From IMG/VR virus record IMGVR_UViG_3300028920_000034, positions 32,001-96,000 of that record: a stretch of 64,000 bases of DNA. One strand, 5' to 3'. Every line of letters starts with the position of its first letter. Position 1 is the stretch's first letter. The translations under genes and the position numbers were made by a program. Under the pieces are notes generated by a model. That model saw only the letters and a list, made by a program, of their open reading frames with translations, did no database searches and had not been told where the DNA came from. Positions 27,989 to 38,191 of the stretch are shown here, one piece after another. The DNA comes from a virus.

Positions 27989-30900
27989 CTACTGCCACAC
28001 GGCCAGCCATCCGGCCGTTCCGCCCAAGTCAATCTTGAGCATCCGCCACAGCGTCCAGGTCCCGCTGGCCGGCGCGTTGCCGTCCGGGGTTCCTACGCCA
28101 CTCGAGATGTTGTTTGTCTTGTCCGCAGCCGTGGAGCCGATGAAGTCCATGAAGGATACATCGTTGTCCGCCTGGTCCACAGTGAGGGCCACCACGGCGC
28201 CAGTGGCGCTATTCTGCTTCACATAGCCGGGGCTCAGGGTGTAAAGGCCGTACTCCCAGCTCGAGTCCGCGTAGAACCCGCGCTTGGTGGTGGCTGCACT
28301 TCCACCGGTGAGCTCCACGAACACACCGTAGATCTGAGAAGTCGCATCGTCCGTAGCCCCGGCCAGCGACACCTTGTGTCCGACCAGGCCCTGCCCGCTG
28401 CCCAAGTTGCCGGACTGGCCTTCGGTCCGGAGCACCTCGGTGGCAGTGGTGATCCCGGTAACCTGTTGCGTGATGCGCCCGTTGTTCTTGACGGCGAACT
28501 TGGACGTGCCGCTCAGGCGAGCATCGAAAATGTCACCAGCCCCATCCTGGTCAACGGTCAGGCCGGGGTTAGCGGAATTCGCGCTCATGTCCACCGCGCC
28601 ATTTTCTGCAATAGCCCAGCGTTCGGTGGTGCCGTCCAGTAGGCGGAGAATGTCCCCGGTGCTGTCCTGGCGCACTGTGAGCACCCCGATGCTCCCGCTG
28701 GTGGACGCAGTAATGTCGGTCCGCACGTTCACGTCCAGGAGCGTACCGGTGATCTTCGTGGAAGCCGCCACATCCGCGCCCACCTCGATCGCCTGACCGT
28801 TGCCTTGAATCTTGACCGAATGACCGGCCGCGCTGTTGTAGTCGATCTGGGCGCAGCGGAGTCGGCTGTACCCAGTCAGGTCCAGGTAGCGCCCGCTTGC
28901 TTGCTGGATCTCCACCTTGCCATGCGTGCTCACCTGGAGGTAGCCGTTGCCGTACTGGCCCTTGCACTGGAAAAGCGGGATCTCATTGAACCCGTCATCC
29001 GCTTCAACCTTCACCACGTACTCGGTGTGAGTACCGTTGTTGAGTTGCTTAAACCAAGCAATCGGAGCCGTCTCGTCTCCGCTCGCCTTGCTTCTGTGGA
29101 CGTAGAATGCGTTGCCGCTGTTGGAAGTCTGGTTGATCTCGAATGGGTCGCCCGCACCGGACACCGTGAGCACATTGCTGTTCGGGTCCGCGGCGTACAT
29201 CCCATCCCAACTCGAGACACCTCCACCTGGCAACGTGGTGGAACTGTAGGCTGGGATCCACCTGGTGCTTCCGCCCACCACCATGCGAAGCATGTCGGCC
29301 GTGGCACCGCTATCGGTGCTGATGTTACCAGCGGACCCAGCTTGCGGATTCCCTGCGTACTCGGCAAAAGGTGTAGTCCCGGTCAGGGACCAATAGGACG
29401 GTGCGTAGGCCCACAGAGACCAATCCCACGAATTCTGCACGTACATCGCCTTCGTGAGAGCTGTGACCGAACCGGCTTCGGTGTACCCGAAATTGACACC
29501 GATGAAATCGTAGTCATCGTTGGCGCCCCCATTGGCTTGGCCCTGGGCAGACACGGTGAGGATCTCGAAGGTCTTACCGGTATGGGTTGCCACGGTGTTC
29601 TGTCCGGAAACGGAAAGAACTGGCTGCGTTGCCGTTGCCAAGCCACTAGACGAAAACACGCCGGCCTTCACGTCACCGGTGTGACTCGCCTGGAATGCGG
29701 GATTGCTCGCAGACGATTCGATGTTCAGTGCGGACTTGAGGTACATGCCCAGGGTCCACGTGTCGTCCGCGTAGTAGCCCACGCCAACACCAGACCCGAG
29801 CGAGGTAGCCGTGGCCCTGTACCCGAACACGGCAGAGTCCGCCTCGGTGAGATTCGAGCCATCCGCTTCCACTGCCATGCCATAGGCCCAGGTGGCCGCT
29901 GCGAGAGCCCCCGACTGGTATGACAGCAAATAGCCGTCAAACGTGGCCGTTCCAGAATCCGAAACACTGTGATCAATTTTGCCACCGTGCCAAATATCGA
30001 ACCTCGGTGTCTGGGAAAGGAAGTTGCCATCAGCCACAGAGAAACTGGCTCCAGCTCCACTTCCGTTATTCAGAACACCGAGGGCAGATCGGCCAGTCGG
30101 AACATCGTCCACCACTACAATGGCGATGGCCTCTGAAATCATCCCGAAGTCCAAGGAGCTCGCTGCGTAGTACCCAACGTAGTCAGGACCAGGGAAAGAT
30201 GGGGCCGGCTTGGTGCCCGATGCGCTTGCCTCGAATGCACGGAAGGAATTGAAGCCAGCCGTGGAGTCGCCAGGGTTGGCCACCACCTGGGAGTGAATGT
30301 TTCGCTGGACCCTGGCCGCTTGGGTGATCGCCGCAGAACGGGTGGGCGAAATAAACACCAGGTCAACATCGCCAGCCACATCGGTGAGCGTTCCGGTCAG
30401 GTTCAGTGCCGTAGAATCGCTGGCCCCCACAAAGCTGGCCAGGCCCGTGGACAGGAGCGCCGTGGAACCGGCCACGCTCAGGGCCGCCTGCGTGTCTGCC
30501 GCGTTGACAGTCTCCACGGACATGAGCGGAGCATCGCTGGTGGACTGGTCTCGGAACACCCGGAAGCCGGAGCCAGTGGCAATGTCCTGCTCCCACTGGA
30601 GCACCGCCCCGTCGATGGTCATCGTCTTGCTGGCAGAGTACAACGCATTCCAGCTCGAGACGCCCCCGCCGCCAGCGCCGGGCTGCCACCTCGAATTGCC
30701 CGTAGACCAGACCAGCGCCTCGCCGTCCGCGGGCGCCGTGTTGGCCACATCGCGCCCCTGGAGCCCAACCACCGTGGCCGCGCCGATCTTGCCGCTCAGG
30801 TCCCCACCAGGGCTCACATAGCCCCACTCGGAGCCACCGTCATCCCATTCCATGAGATTGCCGTCTGCACGGGCACCCGTGGTCACTCCGCCGCCCCTGA

Positions 30901-31159
30901 TGGCCACCACCGTCGCAGACGCAATGGTGCCGCTCAGGTCTCCTCCAACCGCCGGGTCGAGCTGCCCTGGCTGGTACTCGCTGGCGGAACTGTTCCACTG
31001 GAGCACATCGCCGTCCGAGCTCGGCGCACCGGTGCCGATGGCATAGCCGCGGAGCTTCGCCACCACGGCCGCCGTGTTGTCCCCGGACAGATCGCCCGCC
31101 AGGTTGGCGATGGGTTCCGTCTGGCTGAATTGTGCCGCTCTGGGGAGTCCGTCGCTCAT
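27989..31159 (-). CDS. Long tail fibre protein
   Basis: N-terminal GGDLSG...ATVV.L.G repeats with DG..L.W motifs; Gly/Ser/Thr-rich beta shaft. Confidence 0.75.
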   Translation of the reverse strand: MSDGLPRAAQFSQTEPIANLAGDLSGDNTAAVVAKLRGYAIGTGAPSSDGDVLQWNSSASEYQPGQLDPAVGGDLSGTIASATVVAIRGGGVTTGARADGNLMEWDDGGSEWGYVSPGGDLSGKIGAATVVGLQGRDVANTAPADGEALVWSTGNSRWQPGAGGGGVSSWNALYSASKTMTIDGAVLQWEQDIATGSGFRVFRDQSTSDAPLMSVETVNAADTQAALSVAGSTALLSTGLASFVGASDSTALNLTGTLTDVAGDVDLVFISPTRSAAITQAARVQRNIHSQVVANPGDSTAGFNSFRAFEASASGTKPAPSFPGPDYVGYYAASSLDFGMISEAIAIVVVDDVPTGRSALGVLNNGSGAGASFSVADGNFLSQTPRFDIWHGGKIDHSVSDSGTATFDGYLLSYQSGALAAATWAYGMAVEADGSNLTEADSAVFGYRATATSLGSGVGVGYYADDTWTLGMYLKSALNIESSASNPAFQASHTGDVKAGVFSSSGLATATQPVLSVSGQNTVATHTGKTFEILTVSAQGQANGGANDDYDFIGVNFGYTEAGSVTALTKAMYVQNSWDWSLWAYAPSYWSLTGTTPFAEYAGNPQAGSAGNISTDSGATADMLRMVVGGSTRWIPAYSSTTLPGGGVSSWDGMYAADPNSNVLTVSGAGDPFEINQTSNSGNAFYVHRSKASGDETAPIAWFKQLNNGTHTEYVVKVEADDGFNEIPLFQCKGQYGNGYLQVSTHGKVEIQQASGRYLDLTGYSRLRCAQIDYNSAAGHSVKIQGNGQAIEVGADVAASTKITGTLLDVNVRTDITASTSGSIGVLTVRQDSTGDILRLLDGTTERWAIAENGAVDMSANSANPGLTVDQDGAGDIFDARLSGTSKFAVKNNGRITQQVTGITTATEVLRTEGQSGNLGSGQGLVGHKVSLAGATDDATSQIYGVFVELTGGSAATTKRGFYADSSWEYGLYTLSPGYVKQNSATGAVVALTVDQADNDVSFMDFIGSTAADKTNNISSGVGTPDGNAPASGTWTLWRMLKIDLGGTAGWLAVWQ

Positions 31160-31168
31160 GGTCTGCTC

Positions 31169-31957
31169 CTAGTAGGGGAACTTGATTTCCACTACGTCTC
31201 CGGCCGTAAGGCCGGCGCCGAATTGGATCACTGGGGCCGGCGAACCGGTGGTCACCCAGGTCCATTCGTTGATCCCAGACGGGGCCGCAGCCCACCGCAC
31301 CAGGATGTTGTTCAGGTGAACGTCCACGCCATCGGGTGGATATAGCGGCGCCGTGGCGCCAGGGCCCTGGATTGGCCCGGCCAGGCTTCCCTGGGCATTG
31401 GCCGTATCGGTGCCCCCTCCTCCGCCAACCCACGCATCGCCAGTTGTCGCCACTGCCACGGTCTGCCGGTCGAATCCGGAGATCCCACCGCCGCCACCAC
31501 CACCACCAGCCGGGTACAGTGGCCCCGAGTAGGTGTCCTCCATGCGGAGCCCGTTGCGCCACCACAGCGAGGTGCCGTAGCGGTAGCACAGGAGGAGCCC
31601 GTCATCAGTGTTGGGCACCGTGGCGGCGCGCCTGGCTGTGAGAGCGATGTTGCTCCCCGGATTGCGCGACACGTCCACGTAGAGCACCTGGCTCTCCGCG
31701 ATTTCAATGTTCCCCGCCGCCACGCTTTCCTGGAAACCCTTTTGGGGGCTGTTGAGCACGATGGGCGCGTTCCAGCTCAGGGTGTTGGAGGTGGCATCCC
31801 AGGAGAGCGTTCCGCCCCCCACGATGAGGATGTTGCGGTCCTCACGGTGGGCGTACAGCATGGCGTCGAGCTGGTTGAGCATCGCTTCAAACAGATCGAA
31901 CCACGGCTCCTGGCCGCGCGCCGGGTACTTCAGGCTGGTGCGGCTGGTGGTGGGCAT
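31169..31957 (-). CDS. Baseplate/fibre-associated structural protein
   Basis: L.YP..GQ.PW N-terminus and poly-Gly linker; sits between wedge and fibre genes. Confidence 0.6.
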   Translation of the reverse strand: MPTTSRTSLKYPARGQEPWFDLFEAMLNQLDAMLYAHREDRNILIVGGGTLSWDATSNTLSWNAPIVLNSPQKGFQESVAAGNIEIAESQVLYVDVSRNPGSNIALTARRAATVPNTDDGLLLCYRYGTSLWWRNGLRMEDTYSGPLYPAGGGGGGGGISGFDRQTVAVATTGDAWVGGGGGTDTANAQGSLAGPIQGPGATAPLYPPDGVDVHLNNILVRWAAAPSGINEWTWVTTGSPAPVIQFGAGLTAGDVVEIKFPY

Positions 31958-34876
31958 TTAGACGATCTCCTCATACGTGATTGTTCCCCTGGTGATGATC
32001 AGCGTGTCTGGGATCACCAGGTTGCCGTTTGCGTCCACGCTCGGGGGCGTTCCGGTGTTGGCCGGGTCCGGGTAGCTGGTGGCCGTGATCGTGATGTTGG
32101 CGTAGTCCACGCCTTTCACCCCACCGATGCCAGTCGTTTTGTCTGGCACCACCCGGTTGTAGTAGTCGCTCCGGTTCAGGTGCTCACCGTAGTCGCGCCC
32201 CTTGAGCTCCGCGTCGATGGCTGCCTGGATTGAGGGGAGCTGTTTGGAGTAGAGGTACGGCTTCAGGATGCTCACCTGGACCAGCATGTCCACGGCCACC
32301 AGGTTGTAGTAACCGGACACCGCCACCACCGTGGTGGGGAGCACGTTGCGGTCATCCAGGTACTCCTGGACAGCCGTGAGGAGGGTCTGGCTGGGCGCGG
32401 CGTAGAAACCGTTTTCGTCCACCACCAGCACCTGGACCATCACGATGTTGGCCTTGCAGTCCGCGCTCAGGTTGGCGTCCAGGTACGCCTCGAGCTCCTC
32501 CACGTCATCTTCGATGCTGGCCGGGATGGCGAGCACCGTATCCATGGCCGTGTCGATGGTCGTTTCCTGGGTAGCGATGGCCGCGAGCTGCGTAGTGGCC
32601 TCGGTTACCGCGTCGGAAATGTCCCCCGTCTCGTCCGAGATGGAGTCCGCCGTAGTGTCGATGGCGTCGAGCTCGGTGATCGCGTTGTCGATGGGCTGGG
32701 TGGCCACGGTCTGGGTGGCCCCGAACTGGATCAAGAGGTTCGATCCGTACTGGCCGGTCCCGGGGGGCTCCACCGCGAGCTCGAGGCTGTCCACCAGGCC
32801 AGTGGAGTAGGTGATGGCGCCGGACACGACGCCAGGCCCGGACAGGTTGCCAGCGCCATCGTCTCGCGCGTACACGCTCTGCTCGTACAGGATCACCTCG
32901 AGGTTGGTCCCGGAGATCAGCGAGCCCGAGTAGGTCACCTCGGTGGTGTTGGTGTACTTCGTGATGGTCCGGAACTGGTCACCGATCTTGATCTGACGCC
33001 CCACATCCGTGGCCTCGAAGATGGAAGATCCCACGCGCACGCGCCCGGGTTGCACGTCACAATTTCCATCGCTGGCGCTTGACTCTTCGTTCAGATCGTC
33101 CACCCACAGGAACACCGTCCCGGGGTAAATGTCCCCTTTCTGGAGCTGGACGTTGTTCCAGATCTTCGTGGCGCCATCCGCCTGGGTGAACACCTGTTGA
33201 TAGGGGATATTCTCGAGCCCCTCCTTGGCCGTCTCGAGGTGCTCTGTGGCGAGCGTGACACCACCCTTGATCGCCGTCACGTGGGTGTCGATGTTGCCCT
33301 GGGCCGTAGTGATGGCCGCGAGCTGCGTGGCCGCCAGGCCGCGCGCCGTGGCGATGGCGTCCACCGAGGTGGAGATGGCTGTCATGGCCGTCTCCAGGTC
33401 CGTGGCGTGCCCGTCAATGGACGCCAGGAGGGCCTGGAGCTGTAGGTCGTCCGAGATCCCGCGCACGATATGGGCCTTGCCCTTGGCCACGGTGCCGTAG
33501 GTGCCGGAGCTGTAGCTGTCGGCCAGGGTGGTCATGTCCTGCGTGGTAGTGCCGCGGTTCGCCGTTTTGAAGTAGGCCGGAGCCGTCTTGACGATCTCCT
33601 CGAGGGTCTCAAGGTCCACGCCTCCGCGCGCTCCAGAGGGGTTGTTCGCCGTGATGGCGATGCTCTGCGAATTGGCCACCAGTGGAATCACCGGCTGTTC
33701 GATGGTGCCCGCCGTGGCCGCAAGGCCCGCCTTGCCGTAGGTCACCCGGTAAATCGCCAGGCACGTGAGGCCCGCGTCCGGGATGTTGCCGCTCACGCCG
33801 TCACCGAAGAGAACGAAGGGAGGATCCGCCCCGTAGAGCACCTCCACCTTGTTCTCCTTGGCGAACGGAAGGAAGTCCACCTCCTCCCAGGGCTGCCCGT
33901 CCACGTACACCTCCATCGAATCCTGTGCCACCTGGGTGTCCTCGAGGATGCTGGTGAGCGGAAGCTGGAAGTTAGGGGCCGCATCCGAGATCACGCTGTC
34001 CCGAAGGGTCTGGCCCTGGGTGGCCGGCACGCCCGTCTTGGTGGTCTCGCCAGCGGCGAACGTCACGTCCTGGGTGATCTCGAAGATCAGGCTGTTCGGG
34101 CCCTGGAACTGGAATCTCTCGGGCACCGTAATGTCGAAAGCGTAGGGCCCGTCATCCAGGGTCAGCGTCAGATCCACCGTGCAAGCCGTGGCGCTCCTGG
34201 GCTTGTAGGCGCTCATCCGGGCGAGCTCCTCCGCCCGGGACCGGAGGCGCATCAGCGAGTAGTACCACTCGGACACCTCCTTATCCATGTACCAGCTCAG
34301 GGTGTCCAGGGCGGAGCTCACGTACTTCACGAACATGATTCCGAAATCGGAATCCACGAAGTCCGTGAACTGGTCCCCGTACTTCTCGGCCAGCCAGCTC
34401 AGGCCCTCGTCCAGGAACGTCTGGTAGTCGCGGCCGGCGTACTTGGAGCGGACCAGGGTGTCGGTCACGCGCACGTCCGCGCGGAGCTCGCGGCCGGTGG
34501 TCACTTCCTCCCACCGAGGGTAGGCCGGGGTGATGGTTCCGGAGCCGCTGGTGGCGTCCGCGCCGCTCTGGTCATAGGTAATGCTGGTGGTGCTGGGCAC
34601 GCTGGCCACCACGAACTCGCCATCGAAGGTCGGATCTGTGACACCAGCCACGGTGATGGTGTCGCCCACCGCCAAGCCGTGGGCCGTGGTGGTGGTGAGG
34701 GTGACCAGGCCGGAAGTGCGGTCCGCTCCGGTGGCCGTCACGATGGTGGACGGATCTTGGGATCCCACCTGAAGGATCTGCTCGTACACCCGGTCCAGGG
34801 CCGTGTGGTAGAAGCGATACCACTGCTCCGGATCCAGTGGATAGTCATCGAATTCTGGGATCGCCAGGACGGCCAT
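31958..34876 (-). CDS. Baseplate wedge subunit (gpJ / T4 gp6-like)
   Basis: YAGRDYQTF...DFG, VLFGDGVSGNIP, YRVT.G..G, NPSGARGG.DLET.EEI...AP...R..T..D. Confidence 0.85.
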   Translation of the reverse strand: MAVLAIPEFDDYPLDPEQWYRFYHTALDRVYEQILQVGSQDPSTIVTATGADRTSGLVTLTTTTAHGLAVGDTITVAGVTDPTFDGEFVVASVPSTTSITYDQSGADATSGSGTITPAYPRWEEVTTGRELRADVRVTDTLVRSKYAGRDYQTFLDEGLSWLAEKYGDQFTDFVDSDFGIMFVKYVSSALDTLSWYMDKEVSEWYYSLMRLRSRAEELARMSAYKPRSATACTVDLTLTLDDGPYAFDITVPERFQFQGPNSLIFEITQDVTFAAGETTKTGVPATQGQTLRDSVISDAAPNFQLPLTSILEDTQVAQDSMEVYVDGQPWEEVDFLPFAKENKVEVLYGADPPFVLFGDGVSGNIPDAGLTCLAIYRVTYGKAGLAATAGTIEQPVIPLVANSQSIAITANNPSGARGGVDLETLEEIVKTAPAYFKTANRGTTTQDMTTLADSYSSGTYGTVAKGKAHIVRGISDDLQLQALLASIDGHATDLETAMTAISTSVDAIATARGLAATQLAAITTAQGNIDTHVTAIKGGVTLATEHLETAKEGLENIPYQQVFTQADGATKIWNNVQLQKGDIYPGTVFLWVDDLNEESSASDGNCDVQPGRVRVGSSIFEATDVGRQIKIGDQFRTITKYTNTTEVTYSGSLISGTNLEVILYEQSVYARDDGAGNLSGPGVVSGAITYSTGLVDSLELAVEPPGTGQYGSNLLIQFGATQTVATQPIDNAITELDAIDTTADSISDETGDISDAVTEATTQLAAIATQETTIDTAMDTVLAIPASIEDDVEELEAYLDANLSADCKANIVMVQVLVVDENGFYAAPSQTLLTAVQEYLDDRNVLPTTVVAVSGYYNLVAVDMLVQVSILKPYLYSKQLPSIQAAIDAELKGRDYGEHLNRSDYYNRVVPDKTTGIGGVKGVDYANITITATSYPDPANTGTPPSVDANGNLVIPDTLIITRGTITYEEIV

Positions 34877-34877
34877 G

Positions 34878-35279
34878 CTATGCGCCTCCGCCGGCCGGCG
34901 GGGTCACCGGCTGGCTCCAGGTGTTGGGTTGCCCAAGGTAGATGTAGTCTACCTCAATGATAACGCCCCCTTCAACGTCCTCATCGTCAAGGATCCGAAC
35001 GGAGTCCACTTCCACGTCCGGAACCCAGGTGGCCAATGCGTTGCGGATCTCGATACTTGCCGCCGTTCGCATGATCGGCCCGATGCTCTCGAAAACCAGG
35101 GAAAGCACTGTGGATCCGAACGTCGGCTCCATCTTGTGGACGCCCACGAAGGTGAAGATCACCAAGCTGATCTTGGACTCCACCAGGTCGATGCCCATGG
35201 CCGCCTGGGGGCCCGTGGAGCTCCACGGCCACGCGATACCCGTCGCGCCAACGCCGTTGATGTATGCAGGTTCAGTCAT
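34878..35279 (-). CDS. Baseplate wedge protein gp25/GPW-like
   Basis: G..WP, I..I.T.VG...MEPTFGS....LVFE, I..AL..W.P.V.V. Confidence 0.85.
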   Translation of the reverse strand: MTEPAYINGVGATGIAWPWSSTGPQAAMGIDLVESKISLVIFTFVGVHKMEPTFGSTVLSLVFESIGPIMRTAASIEIRNALATWVPDVEVDSVRILDDEDVEGGVIIEVDYIYLGQPNTWSQPVTPPAGGGA

Positions 35280-35285
35280 GGACCA

Positions 35286-35702
35286 CTACTCCTCGTCCAG
35301 TGGGCACCCGGGCAGCTCGGGCACCTCGGGCACCTCGGGCGGAGTCGGCACCGGAGGGATCGCCGGTGGCGTCGGGATGGCAGGCACCGGGATCGGGGGC
35401 ACCGGAGGCAGCGCGGCAACCGGAATGCTGTCCGGAGGCGTAGGGAGCTCCGGGAGCTCCGGCACTGACGGCGGAGTCGGCACCGGGGGCAACGCCGGGG
35501 GCGTCGGGATAGCCGGCACCGGCACCGGTGGCACCGCCACCACGGGCACACTCGCGGGCGCGCCTGGGAGCTCCGGGAGCTCCGGCACGACTGGCGGAGT
35601 CGGCACCGGGGGCACCGCTGGGGGCGTCGGGACTGCCGGCACGGGCAGGGGGCACGTCCCTCACTTGGAGGCCGCTTGAGTCGCTGTTCCGAGATCAACC
35701 AT
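35286..35702 (-). CDS. Proline-rich repeat protein; reading frame from ATG 35702 interrupted by in-frame TGA (alternative start GTG 35642)
   Basis: MVDLGTATQAASK*GTCPLPVPAVPTPP...PGCPLDEE, with about three 41-44 aa Pro-rich repeats. Confidence 0.55.
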
Positions 35703-35705
35703 GAG

Positions 35706-35774
35706 TTGGCACGCTCATTGCTTCTGCTTAATTAACCTTATCTCCCCTCTTAGAAGAGAAGAGTCTTGAGTGTC
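35706..35774 (+). promoter_or_regulatory. Dispersed repeat, copy 4
   Basis: TTGGCACGCTCATTGCTTCTGCTTAATTAACCTTATCTCCCCTCTTAGAAGAGAAGAGTCTTGAGTGTC. Confidence 0.8.
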
Positions 35775-35780
35775 TCCGGT

Positions 35781-36722
35781 TCACTTCCCCTTGTTGGTGG
35801 TGCTGTTCACGTCTGGCGTGTACGCCGGCCATGCCCCGGCGGGGGGACCCGTGGGAGCTCCTGGCGATGAGGTTGGGTGCGTGTGGGTGGCGAAGATGGT
35901 CACTGCCTTGCCCCACAGCTCCAGGAGCTTGTTGCCGAGCACAAATGGCTCGGTGCCCCCGTCCCCGAGGGTGCTCCCCCCGGTAACCCCGAACGCCTCC
36001 GCTGCCACGGTCACGGACTTGCCGGCGAGCTGGATCAAGTCTTTCTTCGCCTCCACGTACACCCCGTCCTTTTGGACCAGCTTGATCCCGTCCTTGTCGG
36101 TACTCACGATGTTGCCGTTGGAGTCCCGGATGGTCACCCCCTCCTTGCCGTCTGCCGCGTTCAACAAGATGCTGGTGCCCGTGTGGTCCTGCACCTGCAC
36201 CGAGCCGTCCTTGTCCACGCTGATGAAGCTGTAGCGGTCCTCACCGTCTGGGCTGTTGTCCTTGGACTGGTGCCACTTGATCGTGACGGACTCCTTGCCT
36301 GGGTCATCCGAGAATTCAATGGCGTGCCCGTTGGGAGTAGTCCAGGCGCGCGTCGTGGGCGGGTTCTTCTGACAGGAGCTCGGGGTGTCCAGCACGCCGT
36401 CCGGCTTGCCCCACCAGCCACCCACGTACATCGGAAACCTGGAGTCGCCGTTCTCGAAGGCGATCATCACGGGGTCGCCTTCGGCTGGCACATGGAAGAT
36501 ACCCGCCTGGGCCCCGGCCCCGAGGGCCACCGGCCACGCCCAGTCCGCCAGGAGCTCGTCCCCGGCCACCGCCGGGCAGCTCACGATGATGCGGCCCTTC
36601 ATGTCCGGGTCCTCATTGTCCTCGCACACGCCACGGTACAGGCCGTACCAGCGGTCATAGTGCTCGAGGCCGTACATGCGAAGGTTCTGAATGAACCCCA
36701 GGAATGCGTCGATGGCGTCCAT
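35781..36722 (-). CDS. Baseplate spike (gp5/VgrG OB-fold, gpV-like)
   Basis: YGLYRGV.EDNEDP...GRI.V.CP, P.EGD.V.IAFENGD..FP.Y.GGWW, TP.GH.IEF.D and C-terminal HTH metal motif. Confidence 0.85.
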   Translation of the reverse strand: MDAIDAFLGFIQNLRMYGLEHYDRWYGLYRGVCEDNEDPDMKGRIIVSCPAVAGDELLADWAWPVALGAGAQAGIFHVPAEGDPVMIAFENGDSRFPMYVGGWWGKPDGVLDTPSSCQKNPPTTRAWTTPNGHAIEFSDDPGKESVTIKWHQSKDNSPDGEDRYSFISVDKDGSVQVQDHTGTSILLNAADGKEGVTIRDSNGNIVSTDKDGIKLVQKDGVYVEAKKDLIQLAGKSVTVAAEAFGVTGGSTLGDGGTEPFVLGNKLLELWGKAVTIFATHTHPTSSPGAPTGPPAGAWPAYTPDVNSTTNKGK

Positions 36723-38191
36723 CAGTCCCTAAGCCACCCACCGGGGCCGTACAGCTCCCGGGTCCAGTTGAAATTCGCGTCAGTGCTTACCGCCGCTCGC
36801 TTCTGTAGAGCTTTCTTCGCCGCCTTTTCCACGTAGGGAGAGCTCGCGCGCTGGCTCATCCAGTTGGCGATGCTGGCGCTTGGGAAGCCCCTGGGCATCA
36901 GGTCCACGTCCTGCTTCGCCACGCTCTCACCGAGGGACCAGTTGATCTCGGACACCCGGTACATCCCGGTGAAGTAGTCTCCCACCCCTTCGGCGCGCAC
37001 CAGGTCGTCTGGTAGCAGAGACGGCACCCCGATGCTCGAAACCTTGGCCTTGGCCCCGTGCGCCTCCGCGTTGTAGTCAAACAGGTTCTTGAGTTTGCTC
37101 CCGATGAACTGCTCACGCCCGGGGATGGGCACGTTCTGGCTTCCCTTGGCATCATGCGGAAGGTTCTGGCCGCTCTGGCTGCGCTGGGCCGGCTGGTCCG
37201 ATGGCGCTGCCGGAGCTTTCTTTCCGCTGTAGGATTTGGCCTGGCTGGTGGCCATATCCGTCTTCTCAGTTGGGTGCAGCTTCACCCGCTTGTCATCTGG
37301 GCCAAGGAACCTGGTCACGGCCGCGCGCACGGGCAGGAACATCGCAGTGGACTCTGAATCGAACGAGTCCATCGGAATCACGTTGTTGGCCAGGTCGAGC
37401 TGGCCGCGGAACCGGAACGTCCAGTCCGCTTGCTTCGGCTCGCGCACGTCGCTGATCCGGAGCACGTTGCCGCCCACGATCACGGCCCGACAACAGCACC
37501 TCGCCGCCAGGTGCTTCAGGAACTGCCAATCGTTCAGGCCACCCTGGCAGATCTGCTCCTTGTCGGAATCCAGGATGGTACGCGCATCCTGGGAGAACCG
37601 CTTGGAGTCATACTTCGTGTCTCCGTTCCAGTCGATGGTGAACCCGTACCGCTTGGCAACGAGCTCAATCACCTGGCGATAGGTGGCCCTGTTCTTCCGC
37701 TTCTTGCCGCCCTGGCTGTCCGCGAACGTGTGATTCCAGATGAGGGCATCCTGGTTCTGGAGCTGCGTCGTGAGCCACCCGAAACTGGTGCCGCGGAGCG
37801 AGACGGTGAACTCGTCCCCGAAGCTCACGTCCGGCTTGAGCATCATGTAGTATTTGAGCGGTCCAAGATGGCTGGAATGGCGCGTGTAGCCCCAGCGCAC
37901 GGCCATCGTGTTGCCGATAGTGAGCCAGTGAGATCCGAGGAGCTCCAGGGCCTCCTGGTAGGTAGGCGGAGTGAGGTTGATCGTTACCTCCCCGAAGCCG
38001 CTCATCGTCTCCTTTTGCTGCATCGAAGAGAACCACGGAAGGTGGACAGCCGGCTTCACCTGGCCGGGCATCACCGAGAAGCTGGCCCACTTGCCAATGT
38101 CCGCAGCGTAGACGTTGCACTGCATCATCAGCCCCAGGAAGTCATAGGGCTCTGTGGGAGTCACAGCCACGCTACTGGTCCTCCTTGGCAC
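36722..38191 (-). CDS. Baseplate hub (gpD/gp27-like)
   Basis: V.WGY, Q....DWQFLKHLA, G.P.L.P...V...GVG.YFTG.YRV..I. Confidence 0.75.
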   Translation of the reverse strand: MPRRTSSVAVTPTEPYDFLGLMMQCNVYAADIGKWASFSVMPGQVKPAVHLPWFSSMQQKETMSGFGEVTINLTPPTYQEALELLGSHWLTIGNTMAVRWGYTRHSSHLGPLKYYMMLKPDVSFGDEFTVSLRGTSFGWLTTQLQNQDALIWNHTFADSQGGKKRKNRATYRQVIELVAKRYGFTIDWNGDTKYDSKRFSQDARTILDSDKEQICQGGLNDWQFLKHLAARCCCRAVIVGGNVLRISDVREPKQADWTFRFRGQLDLANNVIPMDSFDSESTAMFLPVRAAVTRFLGPDDKRVKLHPTEKTDMATSQAKSYSGKKAPAAPSDQPAQRSQSGQNLPHDAKGSQNVPIPGREQFIGSKLKNLFDYNAEAHGAKAKVSSIGVPSLLPDDLVRAEGVGDYFTGMYRVSEINWSLGESVAKQDVDLMPRGFPSASIANWMSQRASSPYVEKAAKKALQKRAAVSTDANFNWTRELYGPGGWLRD

